Origin: Candidatus Zambryskiibacteriota bacterium
GTDB lineage: Bacteria; Patescibacteriota; Minisyncoccia; Phycocordibacterales; WO2-35-19
NCBI GenBank assembly: GCA_048499675.1
Contig: JASNZL010000006.1
Span: 2,089-66,088, forward strand
DNA length: 64,000 nucleotides
Direction of reading: 5' to 3'
Shown here piece after piece: positions 1-8,640 of this stretch. Under the pieces are notes generated by a model. The model was not told the origin of the DNA. It was given only the letters and a program-made list of their open reading frames with translations, and did no database searches. The position numbers and the translations under genes are program-made. Positions within the stretch are counted from its first letter, which is position 1, and each line of letters begins with the position of its first letter.

Positions 1-355
1 TTGGATTAATATTAGAATTATAGAAGGCAAATTGACACTACATATGATGCAAAGATCAGGCGATGTCCCTGTTGGTGTGCCTTCAAACATGGTTCAATAT
101 GGAGCCCTCGCAATGGCTATTGCCCACGTAACAAACACCACGGCCCACGAATACGTGCACAGTATTTCTGACGCTCATATTTATGTCGACCAAGTTCCAG
201 CAGTAGAAACAATGCTTGAGAGAGAGCCTAGAGCTTTCCCCACCCTAACAATCAATAAAGATAAAAATAACTTGTTTGATTTTAGAAAAGAAGATTTCGA
301 ATTAAGTGACTATAATCCGCATCCTGGAATCAAAGGAATTCCTGTAGCAATTTAA
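1..355 (+). CDS. thyA: Thymidylate synthase, C-terminal part (5' end outside window)
   Basis: QRSGDVPVGVPSN and SISDAHIY motifs; C-terminal YNPHPGIKGIPVAI. Confidence 0.95.
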   Translation, partial: WINIRIIEGKLTLHMMQRSGDVPVGVPSNMVQYGALAMAIAHVTNTTAHEYVHSISDAHIYVDQVPAVETMLEREPRAFPTLTINKDKNNLFDFRKEDFELSDYNPHPGIKGIPVAI

Positions 356-359
356 TAAA

Positions 360-842
360 ATGAGTGATTCAAATAAATACATAAATTTAAGAGCCGTTAG
401 AAGAGAGGACCAGAGAGTTGTAATGGAGGAGATAAAAAAACAAGAACACTGTCCTTTTTGTATAGAAAACTTGTCTAAGTATCACAAAAACCCAATCTTA
501 AAAGAAGGCAAATTTTGGCTTTTAACAGAAAATCAGTGGCCTTATGAAAAGGTCAAACATCAACTTCTTGCGATTTACAAAACTCACATAGAGCACATAA
601 AAGATATGGACCCCGAAGCGGGCAAAGAACTGATTGAATTTTTTAGTGAAGAAGCTGAAAAAAGAAATATAGAAGGTGGAGGTTTGGCAATAAGATTTGG
701 AAAGAGTACTAACGGAAACTACGGCAGTAGTGTGCTTCATATTCATGCCCACCTTGTAGAACCAGATTTGGAAAAACTTGAGGAAAGCGAAGCTTGGAAA
801 TTCAAATTCGGAGAACCAAAAAACTATAAAAAGAAAGTTTGA
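360..842 (+). CDS. HIT-family nucleotide hydrolase-like protein
   Basis: CPFC zinc motif and HIHAH histidine triad. Confidence 0.8.
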   Translation: MSDSNKYINLRAVRREDQRVVMEEIKKQEHCPFCIENLSKYHKNPILKEGKFWLLTENQWPYEKVKHQLLAIYKTHIEHIKDMDPEAGKELIEFFSEEAEKRNIEGGGLAIRFGKSTNGNYGSSVLHIHAHLVEPDLEKLEESEAWKFKFGEPKNYKKKV

Positions 843-850
843 TATAAGAC

Positions 851-885
851 AAAGGTCTCGCTCGCGCGAGACCTTTTTTAAAAAA
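851..885. terminator. Bidirectional intrinsic terminator
   Basis: AAAGGTCTCGC-TC-GCGCGAGACCTTTTTT hairpin between convergent genes. Confidence 0.7.
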
Positions 886-908
886 ATCCCAATTACCTTC
901 TTGAGTAA

Positions 909-1499
909 CTACAATTTGTCTTGAACAAGTTGATACTCTTCTAGAGTTAGCACCCTAGAAAGGGGAACCCCCTCTTCATCCGCAACTCGGCACTTCTCAA
1001 AAATTTGAAGTATCCGGAGTTTTCTCAATAAGTCCTCCCCAGACTTAGCAATCGTCACTTCCACCCTATCATTACCTGTAGGCATATGAAAATTAAAGTG
1101 AAGATGGGGCACACTCTTGGCGTTCCTTGCAGGGTCTCCGGTGCGGACCAACCACACTCCGTCCCCGCCAACACCAAGAATTCTGTTTGCCCATTGCAAC
1201 ACCTCTCGAAAATCAATCCATTCTTCAGGAGTGAGGTCTAAAATGTTTTCAACGTGACGCTTAGACGGCGCCACAAGCTGACATTTCTGACCAGAACGCG
1301 GAGCCACATCATTCTTCCAAAGAAGCCATGACCCATTTTCAAAGAGGATCTTGTTCCGATCTGTGTCTATCTGACAGAACGGACATTTACCCGTCCTGAG
1401 ATCTAGAACGGTTTGTTTGTAATATCGGTAGTTGCTTGTGTTGAACAACCGCCAAATATCCTCCGGCTTTACACCTGGGACAGAAAATTTTGGGTACAT
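909..1499 (-). CDS. HIT-family protein, GC-richer cassette with own promoter and SD
   Basis: CPFC and HLHFN motifs; upstream TTGACT-17-TATTCT and AGGA/AAGGGA RBS. Confidence 0.75.
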   Translation of the reverse strand: MYPKFSVPGVKPEDIWRLFNTSNYRYYKQTVLDLRTGKCPFCQIDTDRNKILFENGSWLLWKNDVAPRSGQKCQLVAPSKRHVENILDLTPEEWIDFREVLQWANRILGVGGDGVWLVRTGDPARNAKSVPHLHFNFHMPTGNDRVEVTIAKSGEDLLRKLRILQIFEKCRVADEEGVPLSRVLTLEEYQLVQDKL

Positions 1500-1529
1500 T
1501 CCCTTATCCTTTCTGGGGACAGAATACCA

Positions 1530-2369
1530 CTACTTACCACCCAAGTCAACATATATAATCTCTACCCCTTTGCTTCGGAGAATTGTCTCCTGATCGAGCA
1601 ATTGGTAACCCCCACCATAATATAATTTTTTAATACCGGAAAAAGCTATCTGCTTTGCACAAGTTGGACAAGGGAAAATACTTACATAAATTGACGAACC
1701 CTCGAGGGAAATTCCTCTCTTTGCCGATTCTGCTATCAGGCGAGCTTCTGAATGAATAGAGGTGGAGTATTCAATCCCTATACCTTTATGTAAAGTATTC
1801 CTAGGGTCTCCATCAGCATAGGGAGAATGTTGACTCGGCAAATGCTCGTTGTGTGCAAACATAATAATCTCGTTGTCCTTCACAATCGCTGATGATATTC
1901 TTCTCCACCAATCACTACTCTTTTCTGCCTCAGTTCTAAGTTTTTTTATAACTTCTCTGTCAAAATCCTCTTTAGAAATTTTTTGGTCTGCCTCTACTGG
2001 TCTCTCCTCCATCGCTTTGTGTTTATCCCATCGTAAAAAAATGCTATCAAAAGCAACTGTCTTGTCTTTGAAATATTCCTCCGCAAACAGCTTGCACACA
2101 TCTTCGTCTGGCATCACTATTTGTGAAGCTTCTATTTTTTTTATATCCCCCTCTTCCAGTATTTCTACTTTTTTAAAAATACCCCAACCAAGAACAGACT
2201 TCTTCACCAATTCTGGCGCAAGCTGACGAATTTCTTTTGCTAGATAATCGTATTTTTTTATAATAGAATCACCAAAAATATATAGCGCGTCCGCATCCTT
2301 ATTTTTATCAAATAATTTTAAATAGCCATTATGAAGTACTGGGACATAACAAATCAAAATCTTATTCAT
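1530..2369 (-). CDS. dCMP/cytidine deaminase with N-terminal extra domain
   Basis: HSEA and PCPTCAK zinc deaminase motifs; N-terminal YVPVLHNGY. Confidence 0.85.
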   Translation of the reverse strand: MNKILICYVPVLHNGYLKLFDKNKDADALYIFGDSIIKKYDYLAKEIRQLAPELVKKSVLGWGIFKKVEILEEGDIKKIEASQIVMPDEDVCKLFAEEYFKDKTVAFDSIFLRWDKHKAMEERPVEADQKISKEDFDREVIKKLRTEAEKSSDWWRRISSAIVKDNEIIMFAHNEHLPSQHSPYADGDPRNTLHKGIGIEYSTSIHSEARLIAESAKRGISLEGSSIYVSIFPCPTCAKQIAFSGIKKLYYGGGYQLLDQETILRSKGVEIIYVDLGGK

Positions 2370-2374
2370 AATTC

Positions 2375-2977
2375 TTAATTTTTTAGTTCATCCAACACGT
2401 CCTGAATAGTTTTAATTAATTTAGGTGTTAATCTTTGACCAAGCTGTTTTGCTGTACTTATCTGCAATCTTCTAATTTTGGCACTAGTCGAAGTTGTCGC
2501 TTGAGGCTCAAGCACTACAACTTCGCCACAATATTTTTTTAGTTCTTTAAGTTGTTTTTTTGTGTAGGTTTCTTTTGTTGCTATAAGTGTATCTGGTTCG
2601 AGCGCTTTTATTAAACTCCATTTTGGATCTTTTAATTGTTTCAAAAATACAAGGTCTACATATTTTAAATGTGTGAGCATTTCTATTCTTTCGTTTTCTG
2701 GCACAACAGGTCTTTCTGGACCTTTCCTGTGTTTTATTTTTTCATCACTATCAAGGCCAACTACGAGCAAATCTCCTCTCTTCTTTGCTTCTCTTAAATA
2801 TCTTCCATGCCCAACGTGAATCATATCAAACGAACCCTGTGTAAGAACTATTTTCATACCAAGCTCTTTGCAATGCCCAATCAAGCTTTTTATTTTCTTG
2901 TGATCTGTCATCGCTCTACCACCCAAACTTAGGTGGGCGAAGGCTCCTTTATCTACAATATGAGAGTCTGTGTTCAT
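2375..2977 (-). CDS. Cytidylyl/adenylyltransferase (RfaE domain II-like)
   Basis: GSFDMIHVGH (HIGH-type), VGLDSD, KGPERP, STS motifs. Confidence 0.85.
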   Translation of the reverse strand: MNTDSHIVDKGAFAHLSLGGRAMTDHKKIKSLIGHCKELGMKIVLTQGSFDMIHVGHGRYLREAKKRGDLLVVGLDSDEKIKHRKGPERPVVPENERIEMLTHLKYVDLVFLKQLKDPKWSLIKALEPDTLIATKETYTKKQLKELKKYCGEVVVLEPQATTSTSAKIRRLQISTAKQLGQRLTPKLIKTIQDVLDELKN

Positions 2978-3032
2978 AGGGATATATTATTTACTTTTTT
3001 GCTCTTTTGCAAGTATGCATTATAATTCCTAT

Positions 3033-3530
3033 ATGAATAAACCCATAATAAGTCTTATTGCGGCCATAAGCGAAAAACAAAGAGCACTCGGTTTTAAAAA
3101 CCAATTGCTTTGGAAGATAGAAGGTGATTTGCCAAGATTTAAGGCATTAACAAGTGGACACGCTATTATAATGGGAAGAAACACTTATCTCTCTATTGGT
3201 AAACCCCTGCCCGATAGAAAAAACATAGTCATATCCCACACAAGAAAAGAAGAACTTCCTCTAAAAGAAGAGGTTATCGTGGTATCCACCCTTGAAGAAG
3301 CATTTGAAGAAGCGAAAAAAATAGAGAGTGAAGAAATATTTGTCGTTGGGGGTGGAATGGTTTATACAAGCGCAATAAAATTTGCCGACAAGTTGTATCT
3401 CACAATTGTATATGATGAACCAGAGGCAGACACCTTTTTCCCAGATTATAGCGATTTCAAAAAACTAATTTTAAAAGAAGATCATCTTGATAAAAATCCA
3501 CCTTTTTCATATTTAATTTTAGAGAGATAA
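3033..3530 (+). CDS. folA: Dihydrofolate reductase
   Basis: LLWKIEGDLPRFK, IIMGRNTY, PLPDRKNIV, VVGGG, ADTFFP motifs; leaderless start after TATAAT. Confidence 0.95.
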   Translation: MNKPIISLIAAISEKQRALGFKNQLLWKIEGDLPRFKALTSGHAIIMGRNTYLSIGKPLPDRKNIVISHTRKEELPLKEEVIVVSTLEEAFEEAKKIESEEIFVVGGGMVYTSAIKFADKLYLTIVYDEPEADTFFPDYSDFKKLILKEDHLDKNPPFSYLILER

Positions 3531-3601
3531 TGTATTTTTGGATAACTAATTTACGTAACTCATCATTTGATTAAATACTTTCTCTTTGTATAATCAGGCG
3601 A

Positions 3602-4625
3602 ATGAAAAGAAAAAGAGTTTGGGAACTCGGGGAAATACTTCAAAAAATCGCTTCAAAAATAGAAGCGAAGGTTTTGCTTGAACCCAACTGGAAAACAGTT
3701 GGAAGAATTGTTTTCAAAAACGGCAAACATTCATATTTTAGATACAACACACTTGATATAAATCCGATGGGAGCATCTGAAATTGCAAAAGACAAAGATT
3801 ATGCCAACTTTTTCATACGAAAATTAGGTTATAAAACAGTTCCTAAAAAAGCAAGACTTTCTTCTCAAAAGATTGGTGTGTAGAGCAGTAAAGTTCCTGA
3901 TAGAGATAGACCAAGCTTTTTGTATGCAAAAAAAAATTGGCTTTCCTGTTGTAGTAAAACCAAATAGTGGAAGCCAAGGCAAGGATGTTGCTTTTGTTCA
4001 AAACAAAAAAGAGTTTTATAGAGCGCTGAATAAAATATTCCAGCGGGACAGAATTGCCATAGTTCAAAAACCTGTCTATGGCAAGGATTATAGGTTGGTT
4101 GTTTTGGACAACAGAGTCATTTCAGCTTACGAAAGAATTCCCCTATCGATTACAGGCGATGGGAAATCAAATATTTTAGAATTACTAGAGAAAAAAATAA
4201 AAAAGTTTAAGAAAGAAAAAAGAGACGTGAGAATCAAAATTAAAGATGAAAGAATCATAAACAAACTTAAACATCAAAATTTAAATCTACATTCTATTTT
4301 AAATAAAAATAAGAATATTTTCTTGCTCGATAACGCCAATCTCTCTTCTGGTGGTGATTCTATAGACGTAACAAACGTTGTAAGTAAAGAATTTAAAAAC
4401 ATTGCAGTCAGCCTCTCAAAAAAAATGGGTTTAAAACTTTGTGGCGTTGATTTAATTGTAGAAGGAAATATAAGCGACAAACCAAATAAATACTGGATTT
4501 TAGAAATAAATTCTGCTCCAGGTTTAGACAACTATGCGAAATCTGGAAGCAAACAAAAAGAAATTGTAGAAAATTTATATTTGGAGGTTTTGAAAAAGAT
4601 TGGAAAGAATAAAGTTGACTTTTAA
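3602..4625 (+). CDS. Cyanophycin-synthetase-like/RimK-type ATP-grasp protein, split by frameshifts near 3850-3920
   Basis: AKDKDYA, PVVVKPNSGSQGKDV, ANLSSGG, GVDL, LEINSAPG across two ORFs. Confidence 0.75.
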
Positions 4626-4643
4626 TAACAAAAATGCTATAAT
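4615..4643 (+). promoter_or_regulatory. Sigma70 promoter for the 4689 gene
   Basis: TTGACT-17 bp-TATAAT, then AGAAAGGAGG SD. Confidence 0.75.
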
Positions 4644-4688
4644 ATAGGTAGTGGTGATCTTTGACATGATTTAGAAAGGAGGTAGAAA

Positions 4689-6077
4689 ATGAGGTGGTAT
4701 ATACCCCTCTTCGTCCTTATCATCACGGCGTTCGCGCCGTGGGTGATGGAAATCAACAGGGTTGCAGGCGAACGTGATCGCCTGCAAGAGCAAATCGCCC
4801 CGCTCTACACACCGGATATGATCCGCTCGGAGTTTGAGTGGATTAAGAAGGTGGAGCGACAGTGGAGCGGTCACTCCAATGAAATTAGTTTGCCTGACGA
4901 TCCCTCTGCCTATTGGCAGTATCTGGATCGCAATTACAAGCTAGCGGATGCACTGGAACAGATTATTCGGGACAGGAAGGATTTGCGGTTTTGCGGTGAG
5001 GCTGAGTCTCGTCTCAAATCACTTCGGACCCTTTCCCCGATTAATCTCATCAACAACAACTTCACCATGAAGTTCGGCGCAGAAAAAATGATCTCTAGTA
5101 AGCCTACCGTTGCCTACTTCATTGAAAAGGAGAGGGTGGGTCGGCAGGAGATCAAAAATGACGCCATGGCCAAGTTCAGACGAGGATACCTTATAAGTAT
5201 CCCGCTGATGTTCTTGGTATTCGCCTTGATACTCTCTAACCTCGGTTTGATGATTTGGGTAGAAATACCCCGCATCATCATCGCGGCTTTGTTTTGGCCC
5301 GTTGCCTTGTTCGTCTATCCGCGCGATGTGCGGAGAAGCGAACAAGTCAAAAGAGCGATGCAATTTGTCGCTCAATTGGCCTCGGTCGCTGTCGGATTCT
5401 TCGGTGGTGGCATGACCAATATGGTGAAGGCGCAGGTCTCACCGAACGGCAAGAGCCAGACCCAATCTGGCAAAAAGGGCAACTCGACTTTTGGCTACGG
5501 CCTTGAGTTGTATCCCCAATCTTCCGGCATCGACGCCGGACTCTTGGTGAGCCCTTGGTACGCGCATTCGCATGCTCTACCAAATGGTTTCACCCTCTCC
5601 GGTTTCGGATTTGTGGAAGCTGGTGAACGCAAAAGCCAGTTATTCACGAACCACTCAATGAACTTGTCCCACGCGAAAGCCTTTGGAGCAATGTTCACAG
5701 TCGAGACCGGCGGGACAAGCGCGGGGAGTTTTGTTCAGGTAGGTCCTCGGGTTAACTTGGTCAAGATTCCGGGCTTCCCACAACAGGCAACCAAGATTGT
5801 GAAGTCGGTGGTTGCTGGCTCGTTCTGGCGAATCCGAGGCCCGACGCATTATCAGGAATGGTACCTGTCATGGGTCTCGGAGGAGGCGAAGCTCCCCGGT
5901 GGCTGGAAACTTTCCAGCGAAGGGATGATGCGCTTCCGGCCTGGACCTAGGGCGACGATAGGCCAGCCTCAGCTCATCCTTCGACATCCGAGAATTCGGC
6001 ATGTCATGCTCATGACGGAATTCTGGATCATCGGCACCCAGCCGACTATCCGTTTCGGCGTTCAGTTCGCAAATTAA
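4689..6077 (+). CDS. Hypothetical GC-rich membrane protein with C-terminal beta-rich domain
   Basis: 462-aa ORF, strong SD, N-terminal and central TM segments; terminator hairpin at ~6083-6115. Confidence 0.7.
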   Translation: MRWYIPLFVLIITAFAPWVMEINRVAGERDRLQEQIAPLYTPDMIRSEFEWIKKVERQWSGHSNEISLPDDPSAYWQYLDRNYKLADALEQIIRDRKDLRFCGEAESRLKSLRTLSPINLINNNFTMKFGAEKMISSKPTVAYFIEKERVGRQEIKNDAMAKFRRGYLISIPLMFLVFALILSNLGLMIWVEIPRIIIAALFWPVALFVYPRDVRRSEQVKRAMQFVAQLASVAVGFFGGGMTNMVKAQVSPNGKSQTQSGKKGNSTFGYGLELYPQSSGIDAGLLVSPWYAHSHALPNGFTLSGFGFVEAGERKSQLFTNHSMNLSHAKAFGAMFTVETGGTSAGSFVQVGPRVNLVKIPGFPQQATKIVKSVVAGSFWRIRGPTHYQEWYLSWVSEEAKLPGGWKLSSEGMMRFRPGPRATIGQPQLILRHPRIRHVMLMTEFWIIGTQPTIRFGVQFAN

Positions 6078-6159
6078 CACACAAGGGCTCTGCTTACAAA
6101 AGCAGAGCCCTTTCCTCATCTTGTATTTATTTGTCTTCTTAATATATAATAATCTGTCC

Positions 6160-6591
6160 ATGGTAAAAAATCCAAAAGGAGTTCTAGATGGGTATGATTC
6201 ATGTATTTTATACAACCCAATGAAAGATGAGGTGGATTTTAATGAGCCAAATTTTCCTATTGAGATTCCTCGTAAAAAAATAATACTATCTCAAAATCCC
6301 GAAGTAAATCCTTTTTTGGAAGCAGAAAGATGCGTCAAAGAGTTTACAGCAGAACAAGTTTTTGTTCTGGTCCCCGGTAGAAGATTTGATATTTTTGGCA
6401 ACAGAAAAGGAAGAGGTCTTGGTTGGTATGATAGATTTCTATCAAAAATCCCAGAGAACTGGACAAAAATTGGTGTTCTATATGAAAAAGATTTAAGCAA
6501 AGAAAATCTAAAGATAAATTCTTGGGACCAAAAAATGGATATGCTTGTAATTAGAAAAGAAGACGAGTGGTTGGTAAAAAAACTTAAATAA
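6160..6591 (+). CDS. 5-formyltetrahydrofolate cyclo-ligase family protein
   Basis: LVPGRRFDIFGNRKGRGLGWYDRFL and WDQKMD motifs. Confidence 0.85.
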   Translation: MVKNPKGVLDGYDSCILYNPMKDEVDFNEPNFPIEIPRKKIILSQNPEVNPFLEAERCVKEFTAEQVFVLVPGRRFDIFGNRKGRGLGWYDRFLSKIPENWTKIGVLYEKDLSKENLKINSWDQKMDMLVIRKEDEWLVKKLK

Positions 6592-6638
6592 AAAAACACT
6601 TTTATAAGTGTTTTTTTATTTAAGTTTTATTTAAGATA

Positions 6639-6827
6639 TTATCCTTTTACTTCAACCCACGCATAATTTTCTGCTGAAAATTTGCGCAATTCTTACAGAA
6701 TCTGTCCACTCATTGGATTTTTCTTCAAATAATCTCAATGAGTCTTGCGAAGCTCCAAGTATTCGCTTCTCACCCACCTCAGCTCGTCAGCTTCCGGTCG
6801 GTCGATGTTTCTTATTTCACATCGACC
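6639..6827 (-). repeat. Hairpin-rich element behind rplK with antisense target copy and displaced rplK-like 3' end
   Basis: Core shared with 38745-38900 (TTCTTACAGAA.CTGT.CACTCATTGG...TCTCAATGAGTCTTGCG); GGTCGATGT/ACATCGACC inverted repeat. Confidence 0.7.
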
Positions 6828-7231
6828 CCCATGCTTCTACATTGCCCTGCGATAATTTTGACGGCTGCCTCCAAATCATTTGCATTTAAGTCAACCATTT
6901 TGACTTGGGCTATTTCTTCAAGTTGTTTTCTTGTTATCGTACCCACCTTTTGAGATGGAGTCTTACCTGCCCCCTTTTCAATTCCTAGAGCTTTTTTTAT
7001 CAAGCTCGATGCTGGAGGAGTTTTGAGGACAAAATCAAAAGTACGGTCTTCGTATACATTTATTTCAGCCGGAACAAGTCCTTCCATGCCTTTTGTAGCA
7101 TCGTTAAATTTTGTAACGAATTCACCAATGTTAATACCCGCAGGACCAAGTGCGGTACCTACAGGAGGAGCGGGAGTTGCTTTGCCCGCCGCAATCACCA
7201 ACTTTATTTTTTTTGTTATTTTTTTTGCCAT
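6812..7231 (-). CDS. rplK: 50S ribosomal protein L11
   Basis: [31 protein letters not shown]. Confidence 0.98.
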   Translation of the reverse strand: MAKKITKKIKLVIAAGKATPAPPVGTALGPAGINIGEFVTKFNDATKGMEGLVPAEINVYEDRTFDFVLKTPPASSLIKKALGIEKGAGKTPSQKVGTITRKQLEEIAQVKMVDLNANDLEAAVKIIAGQCRSMGVDVK

Positions 7232-7244
7232 TACATGACACTAA

Positions 7245-7646
7245 TTACGAATTGGCACGAATGACACGAATGGGTTTTAGGTACTTATTCCTGAAATTTA
7301 CAATCAACCCTAGCTTAAAACCACTCGCATTTAGATACCTATTCATCTGATAATAATCGTCTTTTGTAACCAAATCCTTGGCCTTAAGATCAATTAGAAG
7401 CTGTTTATTTATAACAAAGTCTACTCTATTTGTAAACTGGTTATCTACTTTGTCTACAGGCAACTCTTTCTCTCTCTCATAAGTGATCATTCTATCTTTT
7501 AAGTAATTTTCCAACATATCACCATATTGTTTCTCTCTACCGTACCTTCCCAATTTATTATGAACTTCAAATAGTATTCCTGTGATTAAATAAGATAATT
7601 CTTTGTACACAATTTTTCCTTTTTCATTTGTGTCATTCGCGTTCAT
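7245..7646 (-). CDS. GxxExxY family protein
   Basis: LFEVHNKLGRYGREKQY, RVDFVI, DLKAK, GLIVNF; flanked by inverted 9-mer repeats. Confidence 0.9.
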   Translation of the reverse strand: MNANDTNEKGKIVYKELSYLITGILFEVHNKLGRYGREKQYGDMLENYLKDRMITYEREKELPVDKVDNQFTNRVDFVINKQLLIDLKAKDLVTKDDYYQMNRYLNASGFKLGLIVNFRNKYLKPIRVIRANS

Positions 7647-7664
7647 TCGTGTATTGGTGTCGAG

Positions 7665-8210
7665 TTAGATTTTCTTCACCTGCAGGAAGTCTAGCTCTAC
7701 TGGAGTTTCGCGTCCAAACATCGGCACCAACACTTTTACTTTACCCCTTGCTTCATCCACTTCACCAACCTTACCTTCCAAATCCTTGAACGGACCGTCT
7801 GCAATCTTCACCGCATCATCAATTGAAAGGTCTATATTGTGTTTAACGGTCTCTGAACTCATCCTTCTAAACAACTCATCAACCTCTTTTTGCTCTAACG
7901 GCACAGGGAAAACTCCAGAACCAACGAATCCCGTAACTCTTGGAGTATTTCTAACCACATACCAAGATTCATCGGTCACAATCATATCTACCAAAATGTA
8001 TCCGGGGTATATCTTCTCCTCTTCTTCTACTCTCTTGTTTCCTTTTATTTTAATTTTCTTTTCGGTAGGAACTACAACGTCAAATATTTTGTCTTCCATA
8101 CCCAAAGACTCTATTCTTTGTTTTAGATTTCTCATAACCGCATTTTCGTAACCGGAATATGTGTGAACTGCATACCAGTTCCTTCCCTCTTGTATTTGTT
8201 GTTTAGACAT
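7665..8210 (-). CDS. nusG: Transcription termination/antitermination factor NusG
   Basis: WYAVHTYSGYE, YPGYILV, KOW domain, FGRETPVEL. Confidence 0.98.
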   Translation of the reverse strand: MSKQQIQEGRNWYAVHTYSGYENAVMRNLKQRIESLGMEDKIFDVVVPTEKKIKIKGNKRVEEEEKIYPGYILVDMIVTDESWYVVRNTPRVTGFVGSGVFPVPLEQKEVDELFRRMSSETVKHNIDLSIDDAVKIADGPFKDLEGKVGEVDEARGKVKVLVPMFGRETPVELDFLQVKKI

Positions 8211-8274
8211 GTTTCAAATTAAAAATTAAAAATTAAAAAATCAAAAATAAAAATTACAATTCAAAATGTAAAAA

Positions 8275-8451
8275 TTAGACGAAGAGGGCGAGAATTCTTG
8301 AGAAAATATAGTCAAAAAGACCCAAATAAAGTGCGACCAAAATAGAGATGACAATCACCACTGAAGAAAATATTGTTGTCTGTCTTTTGGTAGGCCAATT
8401 GACATGCACAAGCTCGCCTTTTGTTTCTTTTATGTAATTTATTATGGACAT
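8275..8451 (-). CDS. secE: Preprotein translocase subunit SecE (58 aa, not in ORF track)
   Basis: Manual translation MSIINYIKETKGELVHVNWPTKRQT...YLGLFDYIFSRILALFV; upstream of nusG. Confidence 0.9.
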   Translation of the reverse strand: MSIINYIKETKGELVHVNWPTKRQTTIFSSVVIVISILVALYLGLFDYIFSRILALFV

Positions 8452-8611
8452 AGATGTAAATTAAAAATTAAAAAATCAAAATTTAAAATTATAAGTTTAT
8501 AAAGTTACCCACCAATCCGCAAATGCATGCGAATTATAGCGAATAAGGACATTGTATAACAAAACCTATTAAAAAACCCCTTGCGGGGCCGTTTTATTAA
8601 GTTACACATTA

Positions 8612-8640
8612 ATTATATACCCGTTCAAAAATAAAGTCAA
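8612..8640 (-). promoter_or_regulatory. Consensus sigma70 promoter abutting IS481 copy 1
   Basis: Minus strand TTGACT-17 bp-TATAAT. Confidence 0.8.

Noticed and set aside
3840-3930. ATP-grasp gene as two genes or recoded
   Set aside because: Breaks fall near homopolymer runs, the same error pattern seen in TrmB, LAGLIDADG and gatA
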